DNA of 64,000 nucleotides from Nitrososphaerota archaeon (GTDB lineage Archaea; Thermoproteota; Nitrososphaeria_A; Caldarchaeales; Calditenuaceae), in assembly GCA_041641295.1 (NCBI GenBank), contig JBEPYO010000001.1, forward strand, positions 96,001-160,000, written 5' to 3'. Positions 48,349 to 57,234 of this stretch are shown in pieces. Under the pieces are notes generated by a model. That model searched no databases. It saw only the letters and a program-made list of their open reading frames with translations, and was not told the origin of the DNA. How positions within the stretch are numbered: the stretch's first letter is position 1; each line of letters opens with the position of its first letter. The translations under genes and the position numbers were made by a program.

Positions 48349-51106
48349 AATCGTTGTATATCGTTCTGACATCTTTTCCCTCAACCTCGAAGACCACCAC
48401 CTCGTCATCGATGTACTGAATCTTCGCGGCGCCAAGCCTTTCCGCTACACCCTTGGGCGAGAGACCCTGTCTGGAGAGATGACGGTTAACTCCAGCGGCT
48501 ATCAACATGCCAGTCTTCGACCTCCCGCTGATAAGCCCTGCGGCAGGTGAGTTATGCTTGATGGCCTCCCTAGCCATAGAGGCGAAGTATACAACATTTG
48601 TAACTGGTCTGAAGTCGAATATTATCCGCGTGTTCTTAACCACCTCCTCTTTTTGGTAGCTTTTAGAGTAGCTCCATATCCTCGCTGCTAGGTCGGCTAC
48701 TACGCGCTCAACCTTCTCGAGCTTTTGGGTGGAGGCAGGGGCTGCATGCTCAAATTCCCTCAGTACTGTTTCTTGGTAGTTTTCGATGAGCCTGCTGTAT
48801 CCGAGTTTTAGCTGTCTAAGCTCTTCCTCAACCTTCTCCAATCTACTCTCAAGCTCTCTCATCGACTCGCTCACGTATCGGTGGGCTGCGGGGCCCGCTG
48901 CGTAGACCAGCCGGACCACACCATCCTGTATCCTCTCAACCTTCAGGATCTTTACGAAACCCACCTCAGCAGTGTTAGCGCAGTGAGTACCGCCACACGC
49001 CTCAGCATCCCACCCCTCTATCTCTACGACGCGTATCTCTCCGAGGGGGGCTTCACCACCCTGGTAGAGGGTGAATCCGTATCTCTCCTCCGCCACGCTT
49101 CTGGGAAGCCAAGATATCTTGACTGGCAGCCTCTTTGAGACGACTTCATTTGCAAGTCTCTCAATCTTTAGTACATCGTCTCTCGACAGTGGCGCGTGGT
49201 GGCTGATGTCGAGGCGGGCTGACTCGGCCTCCTTCTTCGCACCCATCTGCCAGGCATGCTTCCCCAAGACCCTTCTCGCAGCGCCGATGAGGATGTGAGT
49301 AGCTGTGTGGTGTCTCATGATGCTTAGGCGGCGCTCATAGTCTATCTCCCCCCATACCACCTCCCCAACTGGGGGCTGGTCGCCCTCGATGTAGTGGACG
49401 ATCACACCGTCCACGATCTGTGTGTCGATAACTCTTGCCTCAAGTCCACGCCATCTTAATACTCCCGTATCGCCCACCTGGCCCCCGCCCTCTGGATAGA
49501 ATAGTGTACGGTCGAGGACGACAATTTTGGGGGTGGATGCCAAGACAGTTGCGGTGAATTTGGCGGCGTACGGGTCGGCGTAGTATAGCTTCTCGGTTTT
49601 AGGAAGGTCTTTTGTGAGCTGGGCAGCCTCAATTAGCCGCTCATCTTCCTTCTCTCGTTGGGGAGATTCTATGTGTCTACTGATCATCCGCTCCTCGACC
49701 TCCTCCATGGGGGGAGCCTTGATCCCCAACCTCTTGGCGGCAGATACTACCAAGTCAGGCGTCAGACCCCTCTCCTCGTAGATTTTTGCGATGTATTCGG
49801 CATCTATCTCACGCCTGCTCTTGCTGATGACTGCCAGCTCCTTTTCCAGCTGCGCCAATCCGCGCAGGATAGACTCATTAAACTTTTTGACCTCATAGGT
49901 GATGAGCTCGAGTATTTCGTCCCTCATCTCTAAGAGCCTTGGAAAGTCTCTGCCCCAATAGTCGATCTGGAGGGCTGCAAGCTCTGGAAGTATGTCTTTC
50001 TTTCCGAGCAGTTCAAGGATTCTCTGGGACTTCCTCAACAATAGACGGGCGAGGTATCCCACCTTCGAGTTAGAGGGCACTACCCCGTCCGCAAGAATAA
50101 ATACAATCGACTTGGTGTGGTCCAGTATCTTGTAAATCTGTTCAAGCCTCTCTAAGACCGGTTGAAGCCGCTCCAGATCTACACCTGCTAGTGTGGCCGC
50201 CTTACGCCTGGCCTCTGCGAGGCTTAGACTTGATGTAGGCTGAATCCAGGCCGAGTACCTGGCATATCTTATGAAGGGCTCATCCTCGAGGGTGGGTATT
50301 TCGATCAGTTCTGATACTTTGTCGAGTATACCCGAGTAGATTACCTGGAAGGCTGATGGTGTTCCCTGCGAGAGCCAGCTAAACCGCTCTATCCCATAGC
50401 CAGTGTCCACAGTCCTTACAGGGAGCTCCTCCAGCACACCGTTTATAGTCCTATAATTCATGAAGACTAGGGTGGCTACCTCCAAGCCGCTGTGAATTAC
50501 CTCGTAGCAGGGGCCTGCGTTCCCGCCCCCAGACCATATACCCTCCTTGAATACGGTATCCTCCTCCCTCAGCCCTAGACCCTCCATAAACTCTACACAG
50601 AGCTCAACGGTCCTATCCTTCCAGTACACCTCCTTTTCGGGGAAGTTGAAAGCATGGGCCCCGCCCATCTCGAAGATTGTCAGATGCCGACCCAGCGTTG
50701 GCCCCACCTTATCTATGTCAACCATCCTAATGCAGGGCTGGCTGATTACGAGAGGGTTTGCGGGAGGCTCCGTAGATCCGGAAGTCACGTGGGGTTGGAA
50801 GTCCACTATGCTTGCCGAGACGAGGTAGAGGTCCTTCCTCCACCTAGGGACAACAGGGTAGGGCGCTATGACCCTATGCCCTTTACTCTCAAAAAATCCT
50901 AGGAAAGCCCTCCTCATCTCTGGAACGTTGTAGGGCTTATCGACTGGTGGCGATCCTATAAAAGTGTAGGGCTCACAGGGCGCCTCCCCACACGTCTCCC
51001 TGTCAACAAGAGCCCAAAAATATTTGCCACAAGTTTTGCACCGCCGCCTCCTATACCCACGACTAGCGAAATACTCGATCGCGTAGTGTTCTTCGCCGAA
51101 CTCCAA
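48308..51106 (-). CDS. alaS: Alanine--tRNA ligase (archaeal type)
   Basis: N-terminal Zn motif, ASIVDFQP, HLTIFEM, DTGYGIER, editing motifs HHTATH and CGGTH. Confidence 0.98.
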   Translation of the reverse strand: MEFGEEHYAIEYFASRGYRRRRCKTCGKYFWALVDRETCGEAPCEPYTFIGSPPVDKPYNVPEMRRAFLGFFESKGHRVIAPYPVVPRWRKDLYLVSASIVDFQPHVTSGSTEPPANPLVISQPCIRMVDIDKVGPTLGRHLTIFEMGGAHAFNFPEKEVYWKDRTVELCVEFMEGLGLREEDTVFKEGIWSGGGNAGPCYEVIHSGLEVATLVFMNYRTINGVLEELPVRTVDTGYGIERFSWLSQGTPSAFQVIYSGILDKVSELIEIPTLEDEPFIRYARYSAWIQPTSSLSLAEARRKAATLAGVDLERLQPVLERLEQIYKILDHTKSIVFILADGVVPSNSKVGYLARLLLRKSQRILELLGKKDILPELAALQIDYWGRDFPRLLEMRDEILELITYEVKKFNESILRGLAQLEKELAVISKSRREIDAEYIAKIYEERGLTPDLVVSAAKRLGIKAPPMEEVEERMISRHIESPQREKEDERLIEAAQLTKDLPKTEKLYYADPYAAKFTATVLASTPKIVVLDRTLFYPEGGGQVGDTGVLRWRGLEARVIDTQIVDGVIVHYIEGDQPPVGEVVWGEIDYERRLSIMRHHTATHILIGAARRVLGKHAWQMGAKKEAESARLDISHHAPLSRDDVLKIERLANEVVSKRLPVKISWLPRSVAEERYGFTLYQGGEAPLGEIRVVEIEGWDAEACGGTHCANTAEVGFVKILKVERIQDGVVRLVYAAGPAAHRYVSESMRELESRLEKVEEELRQLKLGYSRLIENYQETVLREFEHAAPASTQKLEKVERVVADLAARIWSYSKSYQKEEVVKNTRIIFDFRPVTNVVYFASMAREAIKHNSPAAGLISGRSKTGMLIAAGVNRHLSRQGLSPKGVAERLGAAKIQYIDDEVVVFEVEGKDVRTIYNDFKRLIENLQSSEG

Positions 51107-51160
51107 CCCTTTCCCGAGAAATTATTCCCTAAGCCTGCCCTATATAGTCATCAGCAACTG

Positions 51161-51475
51161 TTAGCCAAACAGCGCGCTGAGCCCTGCAAGCGCCTCCTCT
51201 TCCTTCTTCTCCTCGGCCTCCTCCTTCTTAGCCTCTGCAGCCGGCTTCTGCTTAGGTGCCTCGGCCGCGGGCTGGGAGGGGGCTGCTACTGGGGCGGCGT
51301 AGCTGGCAGACTTGATAGCCTCATCAATATTGACGCCCTGTAGTGCTGCGACTAGAGATTTCACCCTGACCTCGTCGACAGTACCTCCAGCAGCCTTTAT
51401 GACATTTGCTATGTTCTCCTCGTTAACCTCCTTTCCAAGCCTGTGAAGCAGGAGTGCCGCGTAGATGTACTCCAT
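51161..51475 (-). CDS. rpl12: 50S ribosomal stalk protein P1 (L12)
   Basis: [11 protein letters not shown], Ala/Glu-rich hinge, GLSALFG C-terminus. Confidence 0.97.
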   Translation of the reverse strand: MEYIYAALLLHRLGKEVNEENIANVIKAAGGTVDEVRVKSLVAALQGVNIDEAIKSASYAAPVAAPSQPAAEAPKQKPAAEAKKEEAEEKKEEEALAGLSALFG

Positions 51476-51582
51476 GAATCTCTCGGAGAGAGAAGTCGGG
51501 TCCAAATATTAAACTTGTCTTCTCAGACCGGCGGCCGATAACCCCTAAGCCCCTCAAGGGTTAAATCAGGGGTGGACATAGG

Positions 51583-51915
51583 GTGGTGGAGATGGAGAGG
51601 GTGGAGGACGTCCTAAAAGTTGTTGAAGAGTTCGAGGAGGGGCTAAGATCAGTCGAGGAGAAGGTGGCAAGGGCGAGGACAGAGCTAGTCAGAGAGGTTG
51701 ATGCGTACCTGGAGGAGGCGCGGGCACTTTTCTCAAAAATCGTCGAAGAGGAGAAGAAGAATATGCTAGAGGATGCGGCTAAAGCCGCGCAGGAAGAGGG
51801 GGCCAGAATCCGGGAAGAATACAGGAAGCGGGCAGAAAAAGTGATGAGCCAACTCAACTCCAAGAAGGAGGAGCTGGTCAGGTTCGTTCTTCAGACCCTT
51901 TTGCCAACTGGGTGA
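51583..51915 (+). CDS. A/V-type ATP synthase peripheral stalk subunit H (G-like)
   Basis: 110 aa charged coiled coil immediately upstream of subunit C. Confidence 0.65.
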   Translation: MVEMERVEDVLKVVEEFEEGLRSVEEKVARARTELVREVDAYLEEARALFSKIVEEEKKNMLEDAAKAAQEEGARIREEYRKRAEKVMSQLNSKKEELVRFVLQTLLPTG

Positions 51916-51924
51916 GCCTCCAGC

Positions 51925-52962
51925 TTGCAGCCCTACCTACTCGCAAAGACCTACGCATGGCGAGGAATGCTACTTCCAAGATCCTTTATTCAGGAATTGG
52001 CCGCCTCACGGAGCCTCTCAGAGTTTATCGACGCCATAAAAGCAACGCCATATTCCCAGGAGGCACAGCAGATTACACCCCCATACAGCGCGTTAAAGGT
52101 TGAGCACGCCCTCAGAAGACGGCTAATAAAGATTCACCACACGCTGATGACTCTCAATAGGAAGAATTACGTCCTTAGCGCCCTCTATACCCGTCATACT
52201 GCTAGAAACTTCAAAACAATAATACGCGCGCTCCAAGCAGGGATCAAGGGTGAGGAGCTCAGGAGACTAATAGACACTTACGCTGAGGAGTTGATAGGGG
52301 CTAGGGACGTAATTGCGAGGGTGTTGGGGGCAGAGAGTGTTGAGGATGCCTTGAAAATAATCAGGAACTACATGGGCGACGAGGCCTTCGTCCCCATATT
52401 CGAGAAGGTGTTGGACCCAGTGGCAATCGAGGTTGAGATAGATAGGTGGCAGGTGAATAGAGTGAGGCAGGCCCTGAAAAAGACTCCAAGGAGTTGGAGG
52501 AGCAGCCTATCTTATTTAGTAACTCCGATATATCTCAGATTCATATTCACCTCGATTCTGCGGGGGAAGGTGTGGGGGCTGGGGCCTAAGGAGATCGGCG
52601 GAATGATTGAGGGCGTCTTAGATGAACGCCTCAGGCCTGTTGTGTCGGTTGTGATTGAGTCCAATATTGTTGAGGAGGTAAAAAAAGCATTTTCGGTCAT
52701 GCCTAAGGGTTCCGTACCCTCCATTGGTGAATCCGACACGCTAACAGGTATAATCCAATTACTCGAGAGGGGTTACAGGGGCATGCTCCTCACACGGGCA
52801 CACAAATGTTTTCTCAAACCATTTGACGAGCCCTCACTCGCCCTAGCCACCGTGCTTCTCGTCGAGGAGGAAGTGGCCCAGCTGGTTGCTCTTGCCGCTG
52901 GGATAGAACAGGGCATCGCCCCTGCGGCACTCTTAGACAGCTTGGCATCAATAACAACTTAG
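51925..52962 (+). CDS. atpC: A/V-type ATP synthase subunit C
   Basis: Y..AK..A.RG.LL, L..TPY, NFKTIIR, ILRGK, E.E...L..LA.G pattern. Confidence 0.8.
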   Translation: MQPYLLAKTYAWRGMLLPRSFIQELAASRSLSEFIDAIKATPYSQEAQQITPPYSALKVEHALRRRLIKIHHTLMTLNRKNYVLSALYTRHTARNFKTIIRALQAGIKGEELRRLIDTYAEELIGARDVIARVLGAESVEDALKIIRNYMGDEAFVPIFEKVLDPVAIEVEIDRWQVNRVRQALKKTPRSWRSSLSYLVTPIYLRFIFTSILRGKVWGLGPKEIGGMIEGVLDERLRPVVSVVIESNIVEEVKKAFSVMPKGSVPSIGESDTLTGIIQLLERGYRGMLLTRAHKCFLKPFDEPSLALATVLLVEEEVAQLVALAAGIEQGIAPAALLDSLASITT

Positions 52963-52970
52963 CTTCACAG

Positions 52971-53249
52971 TCAATAGGTGATCTTAAAGTCCCGATACTC
53001 GCCCTTATACTCCTCACGAATCACCTCTACTCTCTCCACGCGGGCTAGTGGAGGCCCCCTCTTTAACCATTCAATCATCTCAGCAACCTTTTCTTCCGGG
53101 CCCTCAATCACGGCCTCAACTCTGCCATCGCTGAGGTTTCTAACCCAGCCGCGAAGACCCAGCGAGTCTGCAACCCGCTTAGCATTCTGCCTGAAAAATA
53201 CGCCCTGAACAAGTCCAGAGACGAAAACATGAACCCTGACATTCGCCAT
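52971..53249 (-). CDS. acyP: Acylphosphatase
   Basis: VSGLVQGVFFR, GWVRNLSDGRVE, GPPLARV. Confidence 0.96.
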   Translation of the reverse strand: MANVRVHVFVSGLVQGVFFRQNAKRVADSLGLRGWVRNLSDGRVEAVIEGPEEKVAEMIEWLKRGPPLARVERVEVIREEYKGEYRDFKITY

Positions 53250-53285
53250 GCCGATCTCGTCTCCGCGGGTATGACTATATAATGG

Positions 53286-54014
53286 TTGAATCTATATTAC
53301 GATAGCGTGGGTGTTTCAGGGGGCGGCGGTGAAGGGCTTTACACAGAGGTTATCTATGACGAGGATAGGTGGGCTATTCTTTGGGAGAAGAGGGCTATAG
53401 CGCAAAGGATCATGGAGGCTCTCCTGAGGGTTGGTATCGACTCGATAGTTTATGGCAGCGTGGCTCGGGGCGACGTTCACAGGTTGAGTGATGTTGAGGT
53501 CTACATACCTCGGCCGGTCAACCCGGTCCTCGCCGAGACCATTATTGAGCGGGAGTTTGGGGGGTGGGTTAGGCGCGAGGTCGTCCAAGCAACCCCCAGC
53601 TACGTGCCTAAAGGCTACATTTACATAGACGAGCTGTCGATAGTCTCGTTTCCGCTGGTGGAGACGTTGAAGACAGAGGCGGTTTTCTACGATATAGCGG
53701 GGAGGCTAGACCTCGAAGGTGTCAGGAGGAGGGATAGGGTTGCAGGAATGAACAAGGCGCTAAAAGTAATAATCCCCACAAGCTATGGCCACTCAGAATT
53801 CCCCGCTGAAAAGGACCCAGAACTCGCAGCAAATCTGATAGGTGTAGACCCACTCGACCTCAGAAAGAGGATTAGCGTATTGATGAGGAGGAGGGAGCAT
53901 GGTAAGACAGGCGTCTATAGTAAAATCGTGTTAGGGGAGGGCGAGAGCTTCTCGAGCGTCCTTAACCAGCTCTTAGACAGGAACCCACGCATTAGGAGGC
54001 GGATACGTGGTTGA
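53286..54014 (+). CDS. Archaeal nucleotidyltransferase (COG2413-like, Pol-beta superfamily)
   Basis: YGSVARGDV..LSDVE, VQATP, R...G.TGVY. Start uncertain. Confidence 0.85.
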   Translation: MNLYYDSVGVSGGGGEGLYTEVIYDEDRWAILWEKRAIAQRIMEALLRVGIDSIVYGSVARGDVHRLSDVEVYIPRPVNPVLAETIIEREFGGWVRREVVQATPSYVPKGYIYIDELSIVSFPLVETLKTEAVFYDIAGRLDLEGVRRRDRVAGMNKALKVIIPTSYGHSEFPAEKDPELAANLIGVDPLDLRKRISVLMRRREHGKTGVYSKIVLGEGESFSSVLNQLLDRNPRIRRRIRG

Positions 54015-55072
54015 AGCTCCTCGCAGTGGACAAGCTTAGAGGCTGGGCCAGGCTCGCCATCACAAACAATATGGATCTCGTGAACCTACATCGCCTCATA
54101 AGACCCGGCGACGTGGTCTACCAAGAGACGAGCAGAGAGGTTAAGAAGGAGAGGGCGTCGGGAGAGGTTGATAGCGAACGCGTAAGCCTAAAGATCGGCA
54201 TAGCCGTCGAGAAGAAGTCAGTAGACCCTCTAATGAAAAGGATAAGGTTTCAGGGGAAAATAGTCTTCACAGACAGGGACCTAGATATCCTGAAGAAATA
54301 TCATACAATTCAGGTCAGTAGAGGAGACGTTATTGAAATTGAAAGCCGTGAGAGGCTCCCCTATCTTCTAAGGCTTGGGGAGGAGGGGGAGGAGAGGGTT
54401 AGGGAGATGGTTGTTATCTCAGGCGATGACGAGGAGCTGGCATTGGTGAAAATAGATGTAGACGGTATTAAAGTGTTGAAGACTTGGAAGGTCGACGGAG
54501 GGTCGAAGCGTATCGGCTACAACGTGGAGGAGCAGCGCGAGAAAGTGTTTGATGAACTGGTACAGCAGCTCAAGGAGCTAACCTCGAAATCCAAGCCGAA
54601 GCTAGTGCTCATGGGAACTACCGTTCACGCCGACATAATCGCGAATGAGATAAAGAGCCGAGATGTCAGGCTCTCCAACCTAATTTCAAGGAGGATTCAG
54701 GTAAACGTCGGGGGCGTTGACGGAATCCGAGAAGCCCTCAGACGAGGAGTCCTAGGGGAGGAGCTTAAGCCTCTGGCCGACGCTATTCAAGTTGAGAAGG
54801 CTATGAGTGCAATCCTAAAGCACCCTGAACACATACACATGGGTTTAGAAGAAGTTGCGAGGGCTTGTAGGGCTTCACGCGGAGCCCTTGTCCTCGCGAC
54901 CGAGGACTTTATCTGGGAGAACATGGATAACACTCTCCTGGATGAGATTTTATCAAGGGCGGAAAGGGGAATAATCAAGTTTAGGGCCATACTCTCGGAC
55001 ACTGAAGCATCGGATAAGATAAATTCTCTGGGCGGCATAATATGTCTTGAAAAGAAAATATTGGAAGGGTGA
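54011..55072 (+). CDS. pelA: Pelota / Dom34 homolog (divergent)
   Basis: DL.NL..LI.PGD.V...T.R, YHTI, GG..GIRE..RRG, LGGI..L; eRF1-like three-domain layout. Confidence 0.82.
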   Translation: MKLLAVDKLRGWARLAITNNMDLVNLHRLIRPGDVVYQETSREVKKERASGEVDSERVSLKIGIAVEKKSVDPLMKRIRFQGKIVFTDRDLDILKKYHTIQVSRGDVIEIESRERLPYLLRLGEEGEERVREMVVISGDDEELALVKIDVDGIKVLKTWKVDGGSKRIGYNVEEQREKVFDELVQQLKELTSKSKPKLVLMGTTVHADIIANEIKSRDVRLSNLISRRIQVNVGGVDGIREALRRGVLGEELKPLADAIQVEKAMSAILKHPEHIHMGLEEVARACRASRGALVLATEDFIWENMDNTLLDEILSRAERGIIKFRAILSDTEASDKINSLGGIICLEKKILEG

Positions 55073-55085
55073 CTGGGGTGTTGAA

Positions 55086-56252
55086 TTAGTGTTGTTTCAG
55101 CTTATCCATTGTGAGCACTTTTACACCTGGCTTGAATGATAAATTATCTCCAAGCCTAGCGCCGATTAGGTAGACCTCTCCACCGCTCGAGGATGCTATG
55201 TCGATAAGCCTCTGTGTGACGACTCCGTCGAATAGGACGTACTTGTAGTCTCTCGATTCTGAAAGCTGCTGGGCCAGCTCGCTCACAGGTTTGCGCCACA
55301 GCTCGTTGAACCCACTATCAAAGGCTACTGACATCAATGTCCCCTCAATCTCTCCTATATACTTTGTCAGCTTGTCTGTGAACTCTGGGGGGATAGGCTC
55401 AGCCGCCTGCACTGGCTCTGCCTTGATCTTCCTTAGCGCTTCTCCTAGAGGCTGGGCGTCCCTCAACGCGTCTTCAACCTCCTTTGCGTTGAGTTCTTCA
55501 ACCTCTTTCCCGTAGGGTGCTCGAGCCACAAGGTCTATCTTTATTGACTGTGCTAGTTCTCTGAGCACCATGTCCCCTCCGCGGTCTCCGTCGAGGAAGG
55601 CAATGACTTTCTTCTTCTTTGCTAGTAGGTCTTGTAGGGTTGGAGGTATCTTAACACCTCCAACAGCTATTACGTTTCTGTAGCCATAGCGCATGAGGTT
55701 GATTATGTCGGCCCGGCCCTCAACTACTATAACTTCTTCAGAGCTGAGCGCTTCTGGGCCCGCCTCAATCTTTTCCGGCCCAATTTCAACGACCTTCGCC
55801 TTAAGCACCGACTCCTCCAGCTCCTTCAATATCTCGTCATCCTCCGGAATCTTCTTCCTCTCCCACTCGTAGAGAATAGCCCTCGCCCTCTCAACTATCC
55901 TTCTCCTCTTCTCTGCTCGGAGGTCCTCGATCTTCTCGATAGTTACCTTGGCGGGGTATGGTCCAACCCTGTCCAGAGACTCTATCATCGCGGCTATGAG
56001 AGCTGTGTAGAACCTGTCTAGACCACTGGGTATGGTTATCTTACCAATAGTCTTGCCGCCCTGCACCTGTAGAGAGACATCGATACGCCCTATCCGGCCA
56101 GCCCTCTGCAACTCTCTCAGATCCAGTTCTGAGCTGAATATCCCTTCAGTCTGCCCGAAGGTTGCGCCGATAACGTCGTTTCTATCTACTATTCCGTCAA
56201 CCTCAATCTTAACCTCAATCACATATTTAGTGGCAACAGTTGGAGTAGCCAT
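55086..56252 (-). CDS. dnaG: Archaeal DnaG (TOPRIM; exosome-associated)
   Basis: DVIGA.FGQTEG, LRELQ..GRIGRI, VVEGRAD, FLDGDRGG, FDGVVTQRL. Confidence 0.96.
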   Translation of the reverse strand: MATPTVATKYVIEVKIEVDGIVDRNDVIGATFGQTEGIFSSELDLRELQRAGRIGRIDVSLQVQGGKTIGKITIPSGLDRFYTALIAAMIESLDRVGPYPAKVTIEKIEDLRAEKRRRIVERARAILYEWERKKIPEDDEILKELEESVLKAKVVEIGPEKIEAGPEALSSEEVIVVEGRADIINLMRYGYRNVIAVGGVKIPPTLQDLLAKKKKVIAFLDGDRGGDMVLRELAQSIKIDLVARAPYGKEVEELNAKEVEDALRDAQPLGEALRKIKAEPVQAAEPIPPEFTDKLTKYIGEIEGTLMSVAFDSGFNELWRKPVSELAQQLSESRDYKYVLFDGVVTQRLIDIASSSGGEVYLIGARLGDNLSFKPGVKVLTMDKLKQH

Positions 56253-56364
56253 GTTTATACACCCGTCTTTCTCTCTCCATCTATGTTTGGGTGGTTGGTA
56301 TTTAAATGATACCGGGTCAGCGGGGTCATCATTATCTACTCGAGGGCATGAGAGAAAATGGTGT

Positions 56365-57234
56365 ATGGCCCCTCAGATTGAGGAGACGAGTGCAGATTGG
56401 GTTGCTTCAGTCATCCCGCCGAGGAGGTCAGGCTCGCGTAAAGGAGAGAATGGAGTAGTCATAGTAGTGGGTGGGAGCCGGCTGTACCATGGTGCACCAT
56501 TCTTGACAGCTATGGCCGCGATGAGGTCTGGTGTTGACTTGGTCTATCTCTTTGTGCCGGAGAAGATTTCTGCGCCTATAAGAGCCTTATCGCCGAGCCT
56601 GATTGTAAATCCGCTCACAGACGTCAAACTGACCGCGAGGGTCAGCGAGCAGATAGTTAAAAACTCTCCCCAAGCCCATGCCGCGGCGATAGGGCCGGGC
56701 CTCTCTGTGGCTAAGGAGTCTGCCCTTACGAAACTTCTGAGCGGGCTCTTGGAGAAAGGCGTTAAGCTCGTGCTGGATGCCTCAGCCCTGCAGCCCTACA
56801 TCCTCAACATTATAGGCGGACGCGAGGTTGTCCTCACCCCACACGCGGGAGAGTTCGCTAGGCTCTTCGGGACCCAGCCGGGAAACTCGCTAGAGGAGAG
56901 GTGCAGGGCCTCAAAGGAGGCTGCTAAGAAGCATGGCGTAGTTATACTGTTGAAGGGGATGGTCGATGTCATTACGGATGGCGAGAGGTTGATGGTGAAT
57001 AGGACTGGAACCTGCGCAATGACTGTCGGGGGGACGGGGGACGTCTTGACTGGGCTGGTGGCTGGGCTAGTTGCCAAGGGGGTTCCTGGCTTTGAGGCTG
57101 CCTCAGCTGCAGCATATATCAATGGGGTATGCGGTGAAATGGCTGCGTCGGAGCTTGGGCTTCACATTCTACCCACAGACCTGATAGACAAGATTCCAAA
57201 GGTGATGAAGAATTTCGACAAAATCATCAGCTAG
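56365..57234 (+). CDS. nnrD: ADP-dependent NAD(P)H-hydrate dehydratase
   Basis: [40 protein letters not shown]. Start moved to ATG 56365. Confidence 0.93.
   Translation: MAPQIEETSADWVASVIPPRRSGSRKGENGVVIVVGGSRLYHGAPFLTAMAAMRSGVDLVYLFVPEKISAPIRALSPSLIVNPLTDVKLTARVSEQIVKNSPQAHAAAIGPGLSVAKESALTKLLSGLLEKGVKLVLDASALQPYILNIIGGREVVLTPHAGEFARLFGTQPGNSLEERCRASKEAAKKHGVVILLKGMVDVITDGERLMVNRTGTCAMTVGGTGDVLTGLVAGLVAKGVPGFEAASAAAYINGVCGEMAASELGLHILPTDLIDKIPKVMKNFDKIIS

Noticed and set aside
56032-56364. 111-aa N-terminal extension on nnrD suggesting a fusion
   Set aside because: It is antisense to dnaG and spans the divergent promoter; no NnrE motifs.
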